Shown here in pieces: positions 1 to 10,212 of a stretch of 64,000 nucleotides of DNA. The position numbers and the translations under genes are program-made. The stretch is from a virus. Its lineage: Duplodnaviria > Heunggongvirae > Uroviricota > Caudoviricetes. Within the stretch, counting starts at the first letter, position 1; every line of letters starts with the position of its first letter. The notes beneath the pieces were generated by a model. It was not told the DNA's origin. It did no database searches and saw only the letters and a program-made list of their open reading frames with translations. The stretch lies in IMG/VR virus record IMGVR_UViG_3300045988_155182; one strand, written 5' to 3'.

Positions 1-87
1 AGTGACTCTTCGCCGCAATCAAAACCGTTTAGATCATAATCTTTCTCTCCAGAGAAAATCTCTATCGTTGTATTGCTCACGAGTAAA

Positions 88-357
88 CTACTCCATGCTT
101 TTCAGACGATCAGCAGCTCGTTTCAGCTTGTCGTTCGGTGCCGGAGGATTGCTTATAGCGTCCATAACCAGATTCCAGGATTCTTCATTCAGAACTAGTC
201 TACGGTGTTGCTCTATAACTTTCACGGCACGTTCAGATGCACTGCTAACCATAAACTGAGTAATGCTCTGGTTAGACATTGCGGCAGCTTCCTCGATGAT
301 GCTTTTATCGTCATCGGTTAATCTCAAATCGATGCGCTGCTTTTTTAGTGCTGACAT
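88..357 (-). CDS. RHH antitoxin of the DUF1778/TacA type; the cognate GNAT toxin would lie downstream, off the left edge
   Basis: Protein MSALKKQRIDLRLTDDDKSIIEEAAAMSNQSITQF... fits the TacA-like antitoxin pattern; ATG at 355-357 preceded by a GGAGGA RBS; the ORF-track start at 396 is an upstream extension. Confidence 0.6.
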   Translation of the reverse strand: MSALKKQRIDLRLTDDDKSIIEEAAAMSNQSITQFMVSSASERAVKVIEQHRRLVLNEESWNLVMDAISNPPAPNDKLKRAADRLKSME

Positions 358-675
358 GTATTCCTCCTGATGGCCGTGATGTAGGAAGGCCATCAATCTC
401 CTCTGTTCAAACTGAGTTTTCGACTCAAAAATTACTTTAAAAGGCTATAGCCCATTACGTGTGCATTATCAAATTGTGTACGGCATAACACCGTACTTGT
501 AATATAGAGGTCATTGTTACTTTTTTCAACAGACAAATACAAGCTATGATTGCCAATTGTTAATCACAACCTACCATTTAACCTTTACACCGCAGCCGTA
601 GGCATTTAGGCTATATCACATATAAGAAAACAAGTTGTTTCAGACGATAATTATATACGCAAAGGGAACTCTCCA

Positions 676-1344
676 ATGACCAAGATCTTTGTGGTTGGCG
701 GCACAAAGGGCGGGCCTGGCAAATCCACCGTTGCCCAGCAAATTGCCGTTTGCCTGAAAGTCAAAAAGAAGAAGAAGGTTTATATTACCGATATAGATAT
801 TCAGCGCACGACAACGAGCTGGTGTGAAGACCGTCGACAGAACGAAGACCTTGAGCTGATTCCTTTTGCATACGTTCAGGATGACATCATTAAGCACCTA
901 AAATCGCTTCAGGGTAGAGCTGAGTTTGTAGTGGTAGATGCTGGTGGCTTCGACTCCGAAATTCAGCGACAAGCGATGCTGATGGCCGACGTTATCATTA
1001 TCCCGCTTCGTCCTAAGCGTCGTGATTTGAAATCTCTGCGTGATATCGATCCTATTATCGACAATGTTCGTAATGTAAACGATAAAGTGAAGGTCCGCGC
1101 GGTCATGAACCAGTGTCCGGCTTTGCCATCACAAGTGTCTCGCATTCTGGCGGCTAAAGAGATTGTTGAGACGTTTGGCATCGAGTCTGCGCCAGTCAAT
1201 CTATATAACCGCAACGTCTATGATGATGCGGAAGAGTCTGGTCGTTCTATCTTTGAAATGACCGGTAGCGAGCGCGACAAAAAGGCGGAAGCCGAGTTTG
1301 AAGAATTTGTAGATTATCTGTTGAGTCTGGAGGAAAAAGAATAA
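676..1344 (+). CDS. parA: ParA/Soj-family partition ATPase (small type Ib)
   Basis: Deviant Walker A KGGPGKST near the N-terminus (VVGGTKGGPGKSTVAQ); 222 aa; followed by a translationally coupled small gene. Confidence 0.85.
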   Translation: MTKIFVVGGTKGGPGKSTVAQQIAVCLKVKKKKKVYITDIDIQRTTTSWCEDRRQNEDLELIPFAYVQDDIIKHLKSLQGRAEFVVVDAGGFDSEIQRQAMLMADVIIIPLRPKRRDLKSLRDIDPIIDNVRNVNDKVKVRAVMNQCPALPSQVSRILAAKEIVETFGIESAPVNLYNRNVYDDAEESGRSIFEMTGSERDKKAEAEFEEFVDYLLSLEEKE

Positions 1345-1703
1345 TGTCCATGAAAATGGGTGACCTAGCAAAGCGCAAAGAGCCTGATGCACCGGCTAAG
1401 AACACAACTCCTTTGCGCCAACCAGTCAGACCACAGGGACGCCCGACTCGTGGCAAAGAGAAAATTAAAAGCCGCACAATGTCACTGGAGGACGAATACT
1501 TCGAACTGCTGGAGATGATGAAGTTCATCCCTCGCTTCGAGAAGTTCACTCGTTCTGACGTGATTCGTGCTGCTATTTTCCATCTTGCGGAGAAGACACC
1601 GCAGGAAATCGAGGACATCGTGAAACTTAACGAGGCGATCACCGCTGCCGATGTCACGATGCGTACCGATGAAATCAAACGCGAGTTGATGAAGAAAGGT
1701 TAA
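1344..1703 (+). CDS. Small ParG-like RHH DNA-binding partner of ParA (putative centromere-binding protein)
   Basis: Start overlaps the parA stop (TAATG); basic disordered N-terminus and an RHH-like C-terminal segment (FTRSDVIRAAIFHLAEK). Confidence 0.45.
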   Translation: MSMKMGDLAKRKEPDAPAKNTTPLRQPVRPQGRPTRGKEKIKSRTMSLEDEYFELLEMMKFIPRFEKFTRSDVIRAAIFHLAEKTPQEIEDIVKLNEAITAADVTMRTDEIKRELMKKG

Positions 1704-1710
1704 TTTTATT

Positions 1711-1735
1711 GAGGTGCTGCTTGGCACCTCTTTCT
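1711..1735 (+). terminator. Hairpin terminator after the par operon
   Basis: gaggtgctgc/ttggcacctc inverted repeat followed by tttct. Confidence 0.45.
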
Positions 1736-1747
1736 ATAGGTTCCCTA

Positions 1748-2467
1748 ATGCTCTACAAATATATTGGAAGTGAAGATTCGCAAAAAGTGTTACGTAACCT
1801 CAAACGGTTTGTAGAGGACGGCACTATCTCTGCTAGCGCACCTTCTTCATTCAACGACCCATCAGAGTTCAAAGTTTCGATAACGATGGGAGGTACAGAA
1901 GTGGAGCGCCGGAAACACTTTGAAGACAATGGATGTAAGGATTTTTCCTTTGAAGACTGGGATGCTGTAGCTCCTGAAGCTGCAAAATCGTTGGCTGTGG
2001 ATTTGCGGAAAGAATCATTAGGGGCTTTTGGTGTGGTGTGCTTGTCACCAAACGAAGATAACATCTTGATGTGGTCACATTACTCAGTGTCGCATAAAGG
2101 TTTCTGCATAGGCTTTGATGATGATTTTGTTACCTCTATTGAGGGGTATCACAGCTTTGATAATGTGAAATATATACCTTCTGTTCCCGTGTTCGATGAA
2201 GTTACAGATGAGTTTAAGGTACTTTTTGATAAGCTCTTTTTCTACAAGCACGAATGCTGGAAATATGAGGAAGAACAAAGGGTTATTACTAAAAAAATAG
2301 GCGCTCAGGCATTTGATAAGAAATATATTAGAGAGATCATTCTTGGACATAACGTTTCTCCTGAAGTAGAAGAATATGCCCGGACACAGCTAGACACGAG
2401 CATCGAGGTTTACAAAATGAGTACACCTGATGATGGTTATCTTCTTGTCAAAGAAAAGCTGAAGTAG
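1748..2467 (+). CDS. Hypothetical protein, possibly DUF2971-like; AT-rich cargo
   Basis: ATG at 1748 lies after the terminator hairpin (track start 1709 is TTG inside the hairpin); motif LMWSHYSVSHKGFCIGF recalls the DUF2971 signature; visibly lower GC than neighbours. Confidence 0.4.
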   Translation: MLYKYIGSEDSQKVLRNLKRFVEDGTISASAPSSFNDPSEFKVSITMGGTEVERRKHFEDNGCKDFSFEDWDAVAPEAAKSLAVDLRKESLGAFGVVCLSPNEDNILMWSHYSVSHKGFCIGFDDDFVTSIEGYHSFDNVKYIPSVPVFDEVTDEFKVLFDKLFFYKHECWKYEEEQRVITKKIGAQAFDKKYIREIILGHNVSPEVEEYARTQLDTSIEVYKMSTPDDGYLLVKEKLK

Positions 2468-2533
2468 CTCCAGACTTTCCTCAAATGATTATGTTGGGCG
2501 CTTTTCTTATTGAACTGGTTAGTGAGGCTAATA

Positions 2534-3706
2534 ATGGATTTGTTCTCAACCAAAATAGCAAAAAACAAGCTGCACGAATCTTTTAAACAGATTTATCAAG
2601 ATAATACATATGCTCCAGTAAGAGAAGTGATACAGTCGTGGGGGCGTGGGTTACTGGAGCGTAGCGGTGAGCAGACTAAATTCGTTAAAGAGTTTCAGAC
2701 AACCTTCAATTCCGCCTTATGGGAATTGTATCTGAACGAAATGTTTATTCGTCTCGATTATTCTGTCGACTACACAAAAGACAGTCCCGATTTCTGTGTT
2801 ACTACACCGTCAGGCTACCAGTTTAACGTCGAAGCTGTGATATCAGATCGGCCACATAATCCACCTGCAGGTGTTCTTTTTAGCGAATCAAAATTCAAAC
2901 ATCAATCAACGCTAAAATTAATCGGAAAAATCAAAGACAAACATGATCTTTTTACAGGAGTTAATGGCAAAAAATTCCCGTACTCTACGATGTCTCATGT
3001 AGTTAATAAGCCGTTTGTTCTGGCGCTTGCACCCTTTGACTCCGATTTATCATTGTCTCAAAATAACACAATCATCAATCGAGTGTTGTTTGGCATTGAG
3101 GAACCTACCACCAGAAATTTGGTGACTGGCAGCCAAACTAAAGTTACCTCAATCAAAAAGAATGAAGACGTTGAAATTCCATTAGGTATATTTACTAACG
3201 ACTCATATAAAGAAATAAGTGCGGTTATTTTCTCCACCACCGGCACTTTTGGAAAAGCCGTGGTTCAAAGCGGTATCGGTAGATATGTAAGGTCAACACG
3301 ATATCGAGCCATTGATGTGAATGATTTTATCGCCAATGAAGGGATGAAAAACGAGGGAAAGCACACACAAAGGATAGGACCTGATCATTTCATCACTACA
3401 TATCGGCATTTTTTAAATAACGAAGTCACTGGTGCGGATATTGTAGTTTGTCATTCCACTGCTCATGAAGAGACGCACTTTGACGGCCTTCATATTTACT
3501 ACAATCCTTTTGCGACAGTGCCACTGGACAGAAATATTTTCTTCCCCCCAGAGATAACTCATAATTTTTACGATATGGAAAAAGAACAGTCTGTTCAGAA
3601 TCATCCTGATGGAGCGCTGGTATCTAGACAGGTTTTTGAACCAACTAGAGCACATTTTAGGTATATCATGAAACATTGGTTTCCAGGCTTTCTAAAAGAT
3701 GTTTAA
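2534..3706 (+). CDS. Hypothetical protein, AT-rich cargo, no recognised domain
   Basis: ORF track 2510..3706 begins with TTG; ATG at 2534 is preceded by GAGG; 390 aa; same strand and close spacing to the upstream gene. Confidence 0.4.
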   Translation: MDLFSTKIAKNKLHESFKQIYQDNTYAPVREVIQSWGRGLLERSGEQTKFVKEFQTTFNSALWELYLNEMFIRLDYSVDYTKDSPDFCVTTPSGYQFNVEAVISDRPHNPPAGVLFSESKFKHQSTLKLIGKIKDKHDLFTGVNGKKFPYSTMSHVVNKPFVLALAPFDSDLSLSQNNTIINRVLFGIEEPTTRNLVTGSQTKVTSIKKNEDVEIPLGIFTNDSYKEISAVIFSTTGTFGKAVVQSGIGRYVRSTRYRAIDVNDFIANEGMKNEGKHTQRIGPDHFITTYRHFLNNEVTGADIVVCHSTAHEETHFDGLHIYYNPFATVPLDRNIFFPPEITHNFYDMEKEQSVQNHPDGALVSRQVFEPTRAHFRYIMKHWFPGFLKDV

Positions 3707-3729
3707 GCATCCTGCTGGTTGAATTTGGA

Positions 3730-3791
3730 ACCTGCTTCTGTATATAAATACTAAGTTACTTATTATTATTTATACGGAAGCAGGTCTTTTT
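3730..3791 (+). repeat. Conserved long hairpin element, copy 1 (also acts as a terminator after 2534..3706)
   Basis: cctgcttctgtatataaata ... tatacggaagcagg followed by tcttttt; near-identical arms recur at 49346..49408. Confidence 0.6.
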
Positions 3792-3903
3792 CTATGCCAA
3801 CTTCCCAGACACATTCCCTTCCGTTTCCACTTCCAAAAACTGCCACCAGTCGCTATCATCCGCTCATTGCAATAAGTAAGTAACTACCTATCTGGTGAGC
3901 CAC

Positions 3904-4644
3904 ATGAGCCAAATCTTTTTTGATACCATTGACAACGACCAGTACGACTTCATGACAGAGTGGAATACCGCTGTTATGGACAAGTGGGTCGCTGAAAACA
4001 TTGGTTTGTCGCGCTGCAAAGACGAGGCTGAACTCTTCGAGACGAAGTGGTTTGATTACCGCGATATGCATCCTCTCATGGCCACCTGTCTGTTTACGGA
4101 GGCGTACAAACGTCAGTACTCAAATATCATGCTGACGCACGGTCGCGAACACTTTGAAACAGCTCCGTTCACCACCGGGTTAAAACGCCTGCCTTATCAG
4201 GAGTTGTCGACTGCCAATAAAACGTCGCTATGGAAAGCACGCCAGTTTGCTGATCGCTATTGCTGTTCATACGACTACTTTATCTCCACGGTTCTTTCCG
4301 CAGCTGCACGGCGTCTGTGGGACAAGTTGCCGCGCCCACAGCATTTATGGCAGCCAGAACTGATTGAGATATTCGAAGAGAAATTATCCAGACGCGCAAC
4401 AACCCGTCTGGATGACTCTCTGGTTAGCTTTAAGCATATGGGAGACATGCAGTTCAACCCGATTCAGGAAAGCTATTTTGAGTGGATTCTGGAGCGTTTG
4501 CGCACCATCCCTCGCAGCAAGCGCATACGCGCAATTTTCTCCGCTATCTGGCTAATGGAAATCGTTCCAGAGCGCCTTATTTCCGCCCACTTTCCAGAAG
4601 AACTGGAAGAAGCACGGCGGTTTATTGATCCCCTATCTAATTAA
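3904..4644 (+). CDS. Hypothetical protein upstream of the helicase (helicase-loader role is only a guess)
   Basis: Track ORF starts with GTG at 3895; ATG at 3904; 246 aa; no recognisable motif. Confidence 0.4.
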   Translation: MSQIFFDTIDNDQYDFMTEWNTAVMDKWVAENIGLSRCKDEAELFETKWFDYRDMHPLMATCLFTEAYKRQYSNIMLTHGREHFETAPFTTGLKRLPYQELSTANKTSLWKARQFADRYCCSYDYFISTVLSAAARRLWDKLPRPQHLWQPELIEIFEEKLSRRATTRLDDSLVSFKHMGDMQFNPIQESYFEWILERLRTIPRSKRIRAIFSAIWLMEIVPERLISAHFPEELEEARRFIDPLSN

Positions 4645-4687
4645 CTAATACTAGAAAACAATTTGTTTAAAAAACAAAGGAAAGCAC

Positions 4688-6028
4688 ATGACCGAACTTT
4701 GCCATACAGGACGCGGGCTGTCCGAAGAGTTTGATGAAGATTTTCAGAACAGATTGACGGCCTATTTTTGTCGTGATCACGAGTTTCTTACTCGTGCTGG
4801 AGATCTGGTTGTACCTAGCCAATTTGCCAATGCGGCCAATGCCATATTGGTTAATATGGTTTCGGGCTATTACCGTATGTACAAGAGCGCGCCCTCTTCA
4901 TCTGCGATTCTGGATATGCTTAAGCGTGCGAAACGCGATAAGACTATCCGTGAGGAACTATTCGCCGATGTTGTTGCTGCGTTTAAGCGCATCCTTGCAG
5001 AAAAATTGTCTGATACCTCGTACATGGTTGACCAGGTATCAACCTTCGCAAAAAGCGTAGCGTTTGATGATGCTCTGATTAAGGCTGCTGAACTGAAAGA
5101 GAAGGGCGACTTTCAGGGGGCGATGGCAATCATGGCCAAGGTTCAGCAGATTGGATCGAACGAAGCGACCGGAATCTATGACTACTACACCTCCGCAAGT
5201 GAGCGATTGAAAGCGCGTGAATATGAGGCTTCAGAGGAGTATGTGCCAAACAGCATTACAACTGGACTCCCTCTGCTCGATAGGTTGCTGTACCAAAAAG
5301 GCTGGGCGAAGCGTGAAATGGTGCTCTTCATGGGGTTCGCTAAATCCGGTAAATCGACCGCAATGGGTGAGTTTTCCATAAACGCAACGCTTGCTGGCTA
5401 CAATGTTCTGTATCTCTCGCTGGAGGTTCACACCAACATTTTGTCCGACCGCTTTGATGCAAGATTGTCGGAGACGGAAATGTCCAAGCTGGTGGAACGG
5501 CGCGATGAAGTTCATCGTAAGTTGGCAGAGTTGGGAGCCACTAAGGGGATTGGTAGTTTGTGGGTTGTTGAGCGTCCGTCAGGAAGTATGTCACCTGCAG
5601 ATCTGGACCGTATGCTTAACAGTATGAAAGCCAATGGCATGGTGCCTGACATGGTTGTTGTCGACTACGCAGATTTGATGCGTGCCAGTTATGACCTTCG
5701 TGATGATCGCGCCAATATTCGTAGTATCTACACCGATTTACGTGCTCTTTATGACAAGCATAACGTTGCTGGGATCACGGCATCGCAGACAAACCGTGAA
5801 GGTGGCGCGTCAGAAGTTGCCACAATGATGCACGCCGCCGATAACATCGAAAAAGTACGTATTGCTGACCTGGTAATAACGATCAACAAAACCGAAGAAG
5901 AAGAAGCGAAAGGAGAGGCTCGTCTCTACTTTGCTGGTTCACGTAACCAGCAGGGTGGGATCAGCATTCGCGTTAAACAAAACCTCGAACAAATGCGTTT
6001 CATTGAGCGAATCTTAGACGTTACCTAA
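4688..6028 (+). CDS. Replicative DNA helicase, DnaB/gp41 family
   Basis: Walker A GFAKSGKST, RecA-fold C-terminal domain with VVVDYADLM; conserved AGGAAAGCACATG start context. Confidence 0.8.
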   Translation: MTELCHTGRGLSEEFDEDFQNRLTAYFCRDHEFLTRAGDLVVPSQFANAANAILVNMVSGYYRMYKSAPSSSAILDMLKRAKRDKTIREELFADVVAAFKRILAEKLSDTSYMVDQVSTFAKSVAFDDALIKAAELKEKGDFQGAMAIMAKVQQIGSNEATGIYDYYTSASERLKAREYEASEEYVPNSITTGLPLLDRLLYQKGWAKREMVLFMGFAKSGKSTAMGEFSINATLAGYNVLYLSLEVHTNILSDRFDARLSETEMSKLVERRDEVHRKLAELGATKGIGSLWVVERPSGSMSPADLDRMLNSMKANGMVPDMVVVDYADLMRASYDLRDDRANIRSIYTDLRALYDKHNVAGITASQTNREGGASEVATMMHAADNIEKVRIADLVITINKTEEEEAKGEARLYFAGSRNQQGGISIRVKQNLEQMRFIERILDVT

Positions 6029-6034
6029 AAAATA

Positions 6035-6058
6035 AGCGTGGAGAACACCTCCACGCTT
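6035..6058 (+). terminator. Hairpin after the helicase gene (weak T-tract)
   Basis: agcgtggag aacacc tccacgct. Confidence 0.35.
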
Positions 6059-6109
6059 GATTCATTTGTGAAACAACTTTTCTTTTGCCAAACCACAAAA
6101 GAAAAACAC

Positions 6110-7288
6110 ATGAGCCTTTATGTTATATCAACATTTAGGTTGGTCACAATATTGCCTGTTAAAAGTGGAATTATCGTGAGCGAGCTGAAAGAGCTAATTG
6201 CCGAATTAGATTTTGAACAATGGTTGGATACTGAAGGTATCGTTTATCGACGTGGAGGCGTGAGTGCTCGCGGTCGTGAAGTGAATATCAAGGAATGTCC
6301 GGTATGCGGCAGCTCCAACTGGAAGGTATATTTCAATCTGACCAGTGGCGTCGGCAAATGCTTTGCTGGTGATCATCCCGAAGAGATTCAGTTCAATAAG
6401 CTGGTCTTCCTCAAGCACTACAGCGGCAAATCACGACGACAGTTCGAGGAATATGTGCAGAACGCCCTTCTTTCCCAGGGGTGGGCACCAAAGAAAGAAG
6501 AGATAGTGCTTGCAAGCACAGTCGAGTTAGAGGGACCACTTGCACTCCCTCGTCATTACGAACTTCCTATAGATGGCCGTCTTCCAGACTATCTGGTTGA
6601 ACGAAACATATCGCCTGAAATGGCAAAGTATTTTGACCTACGATACTGCGTCGAAGGTAAGCACGCTTATGTAGATCCGTATACAGATCAGGTTAAAGGA
6701 CAGATATTCGATATGCGAATACTGATACCGGTTTACGATCTGGATGGGGTAATGAAGACATTTCAGGGACGAGACATTACCGGTACAGCAGAACGCCGCT
6801 ACCTCTTTCCTATGCAGCTTCCAGCTTCAGGTAAATTTCTCTACAACGGCCATAATGCAGTCGGCAAACAGACTGTAGTTGTCTGTGAGGGTGCGTTCGA
6901 TGTTATGGGGGTCAAACGAGCTATTTTCGACGAAGAAACATTACGTGATTACGTGGAGCCAATAGGAACGTTCGGGATGCATCTATCTGGCAACACCACT
7001 CAGGATGCAGAAGATCAGTTGGGCGCGTTCCTGACGCTCAAAGCGCGTGGATTACGTAATGTGATCATGATGTGGGATAGTGAAAAGCAAGCTATACGTA
7101 ATACGATGGCCGCAGCCAGGCGACTGACCAGTATTGGTCTTAATGTCAAAGTGGCGTGTTTGGGCGAGGAAGGACTCGACCCGGGCGATGCAACGCCAGA
7201 GCAAATCATCAAAGCCTATTATCGGGCAAAACCGTATACCAAGCAGTTGGAGTTACAAAGCAAGGTTTTGGGCATTAAGGCTCTATGA
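6110..7288 (+). CDS. DNA primase (zinc-ribbon plus TOPRIM)
   Basis: CPVCGSSNW...CFAGDH zinc-binding motif and a TOPRIM-like VVVCEGAFDVMG; start set at the ATG at 6110 that carries the conserved aaaaacacATG context (track start 6038 is GTG inside the upstream hairpin). Confidence 0.75.
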   Translation: MSLYVISTFRLVTILPVKSGIIVSELKELIAELDFEQWLDTEGIVYRRGGVSARGREVNIKECPVCGSSNWKVYFNLTSGVGKCFAGDHPEEIQFNKLVFLKHYSGKSRRQFEEYVQNALLSQGWAPKKEEIVLASTVELEGPLALPRHYELPIDGRLPDYLVERNISPEMAKYFDLRYCVEGKHAYVDPYTDQVKGQIFDMRILIPVYDLDGVMKTFQGRDITGTAERRYLFPMQLPASGKFLYNGHNAVGKQTVVVCEGAFDVMGVKRAIFDEETLRDYVEPIGTFGMHLSGNTTQDAEDQLGAFLTLKARGLRNVIMMWDSEKQAIRNTMAAARRLTSIGLNVKVACLGEEGLDPGDATPEQIIKAYYRAKPYTKQLELQSKVLGIKAL

Positions 7289-7366
7289 TAACAATCACCT
7301 TTAAAATAAGTAGATGATTACTTATCTTTCTGTGAGAATACTTTCATCTGTTAGCTAGGAGTTGGT

Positions 7367-8143
7367 ATGAAAGACGAAATTCAGAAATTAGCCTGCGACA
7401 TCATTGATAAAACTGGTTTAGAAATCAGCGAGAGCAATCGGCTAGACATCATTGAAAAAGCCGTAAAAACAGCAATGGATCATATCGCCACTCGTTTGGT
7501 CGAGATCCCGCTACCAGGGCTACCTTATCTGAAAGTTGAGTTACACGTATGGGGTGAACCTTCTTGTTCACGGCGTTCTGCATTAGTTGTTTTTATTAGC
7601 AAAGAAAACCCGCTCAGTCTTAAAGTGCAGGTTGGTGCATGGATGGATGGAAAAGTGATCTACACAAATACCGTTTTTTGTCTTTCAAACGACGAAACTA
7701 TTGAAGCGGCCATTCAAGAAGCAGTTCTAGCAATGCGCAGCAGCGGTTTGATGAAGAATAACTACGAAGAGTACTTGCGTTCGATAAGTGGTGAAAAGAC
7801 ATTATCTCTGAAAGCAGATTTCGTTACCCCGAAAAATCTGTTGGAAGTCTTGCTTAATAAAGGGGCTAATGATGCCGTAAATGTAATCAGAGAGAGTGAG
7901 TATGCGTCTCTTTGCGACATGTGCAAAAGCCAGTTGGATCTGGTGCATATCGTTATTGATGCTGGGAAGGCATGTGATGGCGTAATGGCGGAATTTGCTT
8001 GGAAGGTGGTCAGGATTGCTAACGAATTACCGATGATAGAGCAAGAGGCCAAATCATACGCCACCAATCATGTCACAGAGCTTCTTGTCCCCTATCGCTT
8101 AGAAAGCAATCAGCGCAAGATGGTTAGCTGGGGAAGTTGGTAA
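7367..8143 (+). CDS. Hypothetical protein
   Basis: 258 aa ORF with ATG start and GGAG RBS, in the operon orientation; no recognised motif. Confidence 0.4.
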   Translation: MKDEIQKLACDIIDKTGLEISESNRLDIIEKAVKTAMDHIATRLVEIPLPGLPYLKVELHVWGEPSCSRRSALVVFISKENPLSLKVQVGAWMDGKVIYTNTVFCLSNDETIEAAIQEAVLAMRSSGLMKNNYEEYLRSISGEKTLSLKADFVTPKNLLEVLLNKGANDAVNVIRESEYASLCDMCKSQLDLVHIVIDAGKACDGVMAEFAWKVVRIANELPMIEQEAKSYATNHVTELLVPYRLESNQRKMVSWGSW

Positions 8144-8198
8144 TCTCTCCGCGCGTCGTTTTTTACGCAAATAACGATAGGTAAGTACAAGATTATTT

Positions 8199-8681
8199 AT
8201 GGCGGTAGTTGTGAAAGCTGATTTGTCAAAAATCCCTTCTATTTCAGGAAATAACGGTTATTCACTTCGTTGTGAGGAAGTAAAGATAAACGGTGAGTCG
8301 GCATATTGCAGCTACTCCGTATGCCAGCACACCATTCTTGCCTTCAAAGAAAACCGTCTTCCTCGAACGTCTTTCCAGTCGTGCGCAACCGCTATTAAAG
8401 CAGGCAAATGCAAGGCGTTAAAAATGATGGTTGAAGAGATTCGTAAAGGAGAATCTCTGTATTTCGAAGATATGACCGCACTCATTAAGGAGGTTGAAGA
8501 ACGGAATAAACAAGCCAGAACTATAAAACGAAAACGTGACAGTGTAACGATTAATAGCATGGTTAAGAAGAGCGCCACATCACAAACAGCGATCACTGAC
8601 GTGTATGCGGCGTTGATTGAAGAAACAACAAAAGAAACACATGAGCAAATCGATCAACATATGGAGGCAAAACAACAATGA
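8199..8681 (+). CDS. Hypothetical protein
   Basis: 160 aa ORF; its stop overlaps the start of the ligase gene. Confidence 0.35.
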   Translation: MAVVVKADLSKIPSISGNNGYSLRCEEVKINGESAYCSYSVCQHTILAFKENRLPRTSFQSCATAIKAGKCKALKMMVEEIRKGESLYFEDMTALIKEVEERNKQARTIKRKRDSVTINSMVKKSATSQTAITDVYAALIEETTKETHEQIDQHMEAKQQ

Positions 8682-10000
8682 AAAAGTTGATCGCACTTAA
8701 GCATAAGCTGGACGAAATGAAAGCTATGGGAACCAATGCAAAAAAAGAGGCATTGGCCAACATGGATGACTTCGAGCAAAGCATGGTTTCATTGATGCTC
8801 AACCCTTTCATCCGTTTTGGGGTAAAGAAATACAAAGTGGCAGAGCCGCTTAGTGAGTCCGTCCCAAGTGACGAAAAAGCCATTGATATACTGAATAAGC
8901 TGGCCTCTCGCGAGCTGACGGGGAACGCAGCAATAGCTGCTGTTGAGTCTATCGTGGCGTCAATGTGCGCCGATGGGCAGGACGTGTTCCGTCGTTTCCT
9001 CTTAAAAGATCCGAAAGCTGGCGTTGGGATTAGCCTATGCAACAAGGTTTTTGAAAATCCCATTCCGAAATTTGAGGTGCAGCTGGCGTCACCGTATAAA
9101 GAAAAAGGCGACAAATACCCCTTCAAGCCAAATCCTAAAGCCAAATGGCCGATGATTGGCAGCCTTAAGCTCGATGGTTTGCGAGTAATTTGTGAGGTTA
9201 TTGTTGACGAGGAAGAGGTGAACTTCCTTTCTCGTACTGGTAATCCAATCACGTCTCTCGATCACCTAAAGCCAGCCATGCTCGAATTAGGCAAACTTTC
9301 AGGCCACAAACACATCTTCTTCGATGGTGAAGGAACAGCCGGTTCATTTAACCAGTCCGTATCTGCATTGCGCAAAAAGAACGTGCAGGCAATTGGCGCT
9401 ATTTATCATGTTTTCGACTTCTTCCTACCGGAATGGCGGGCACAGGCTAAATCCAAAGAGTATGCAAAGACAGGTATAAAGCTGAAAGAGCGCCTGGCTA
9501 TGCTCGTGGCGTTGTTCAAAAACGATCGCAGTGAAGGCTACGCACAAGACATTCACCTGCATCCGTTCTACATCATCCATAGCCACGAAGACTTCATCGA
9601 ACGCTTCATGAAACGCCTGGACGATAACGAAGAAGGGGAGATGGGCAAAGATCCGAACTCTGTTTACGAGTTTAAACGTACCCGCAGCTGGTGGAAGTTA
9701 AAAGACGAAGATTCAGAAGATGGTGAAATTATCGATTTTGAGCCTGGCGACCCGGACTCTGGTTTTGCCAACACGCTTGGAAAAATTGTTATTCGTCTTG
9801 AAAACGGCGTCATCGTTCGTGCGAGTGGCATTAAGCATAAATATCTGGACGAGATCTGGAACAACAAAGAGAAGTACCGTGGTCGTATTGTCGAGGTTCA
9901 TTGTCACGAGAAAACACCTGATGGCAGCTTACGCCACCCACGACTGAAATGGCCGCGTTGCTTACGCGATACCGAAGATCGAATCGGAGATAAAGAATGA
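8678..10000 (+). CDS. ATP-dependent DNA ligase
   Basis: Adenylation motif I KLDGLR (GSLKLDGLRVICEV); 440 aa. Confidence 0.7.
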   Translation: MKKLIALKHKLDEMKAMGTNAKKEALANMDDFEQSMVSLMLNPFIRFGVKKYKVAEPLSESVPSDEKAIDILNKLASRELTGNAAIAAVESIVASMCADGQDVFRRFLLKDPKAGVGISLCNKVFENPIPKFEVQLASPYKEKGDKYPFKPNPKAKWPMIGSLKLDGLRVICEVIVDEEEVNFLSRTGNPITSLDHLKPAMLELGKLSGHKHIFFDGEGTAGSFNQSVSALRKKNVQAIGAIYHVFDFFLPEWRAQAKSKEYAKTGIKLKERLAMLVALFKNDRSEGYAQDIHLHPFYIIHSHEDFIERFMKRLDDNEEGEMGKDPNSVYEFKRTRSWWKLKDEDSEDGEIIDFEPGDPDSGFANTLGKIVIRLENGVIVRASGIKHKYLDEIWNNKEKYRGRIVEVHCHEKTPDGSLRHPRLKWPRCLRDTEDRIGDKE

Positions 10001-10212
10001 TCGTATTAAGTAAAAGGGAGAAAGAAACGCTTCATGAAATCAGTAAGTGGCCGGAGTTCCCTGAGTACTGGAAGCCTAAAACGCGAGCTAAGTTAGAGCG
10101 TTTAGGGTTGGTTGCAAACGTTTCTGAAACGTGGTGCTCGGCCAACTACCAGTTAACTGATAAAGGGAAAGTATTGCTACAGCAATTAGTAGAATCAGGA
10201 GTGTTAAAATGA
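9997..10212 (+). CDS. Hypothetical small protein
   Basis: 71 aa; start overlaps the ligase stop (ATGA). Confidence 0.3.
   Translation: MIVLSKREKETLHEISKWPEFPEYWKPKTRAKLERLGLVANVSETWCSANYQLTDKGKVLLQQLVESGVLK

Noticed and set aside
2-259. 85-aa plus-strand ORF at the left edge
   Set aside because: It is antisense to the well-supported antitoxin gene (88-357, minus strand) and has no RBS or recognisable features.
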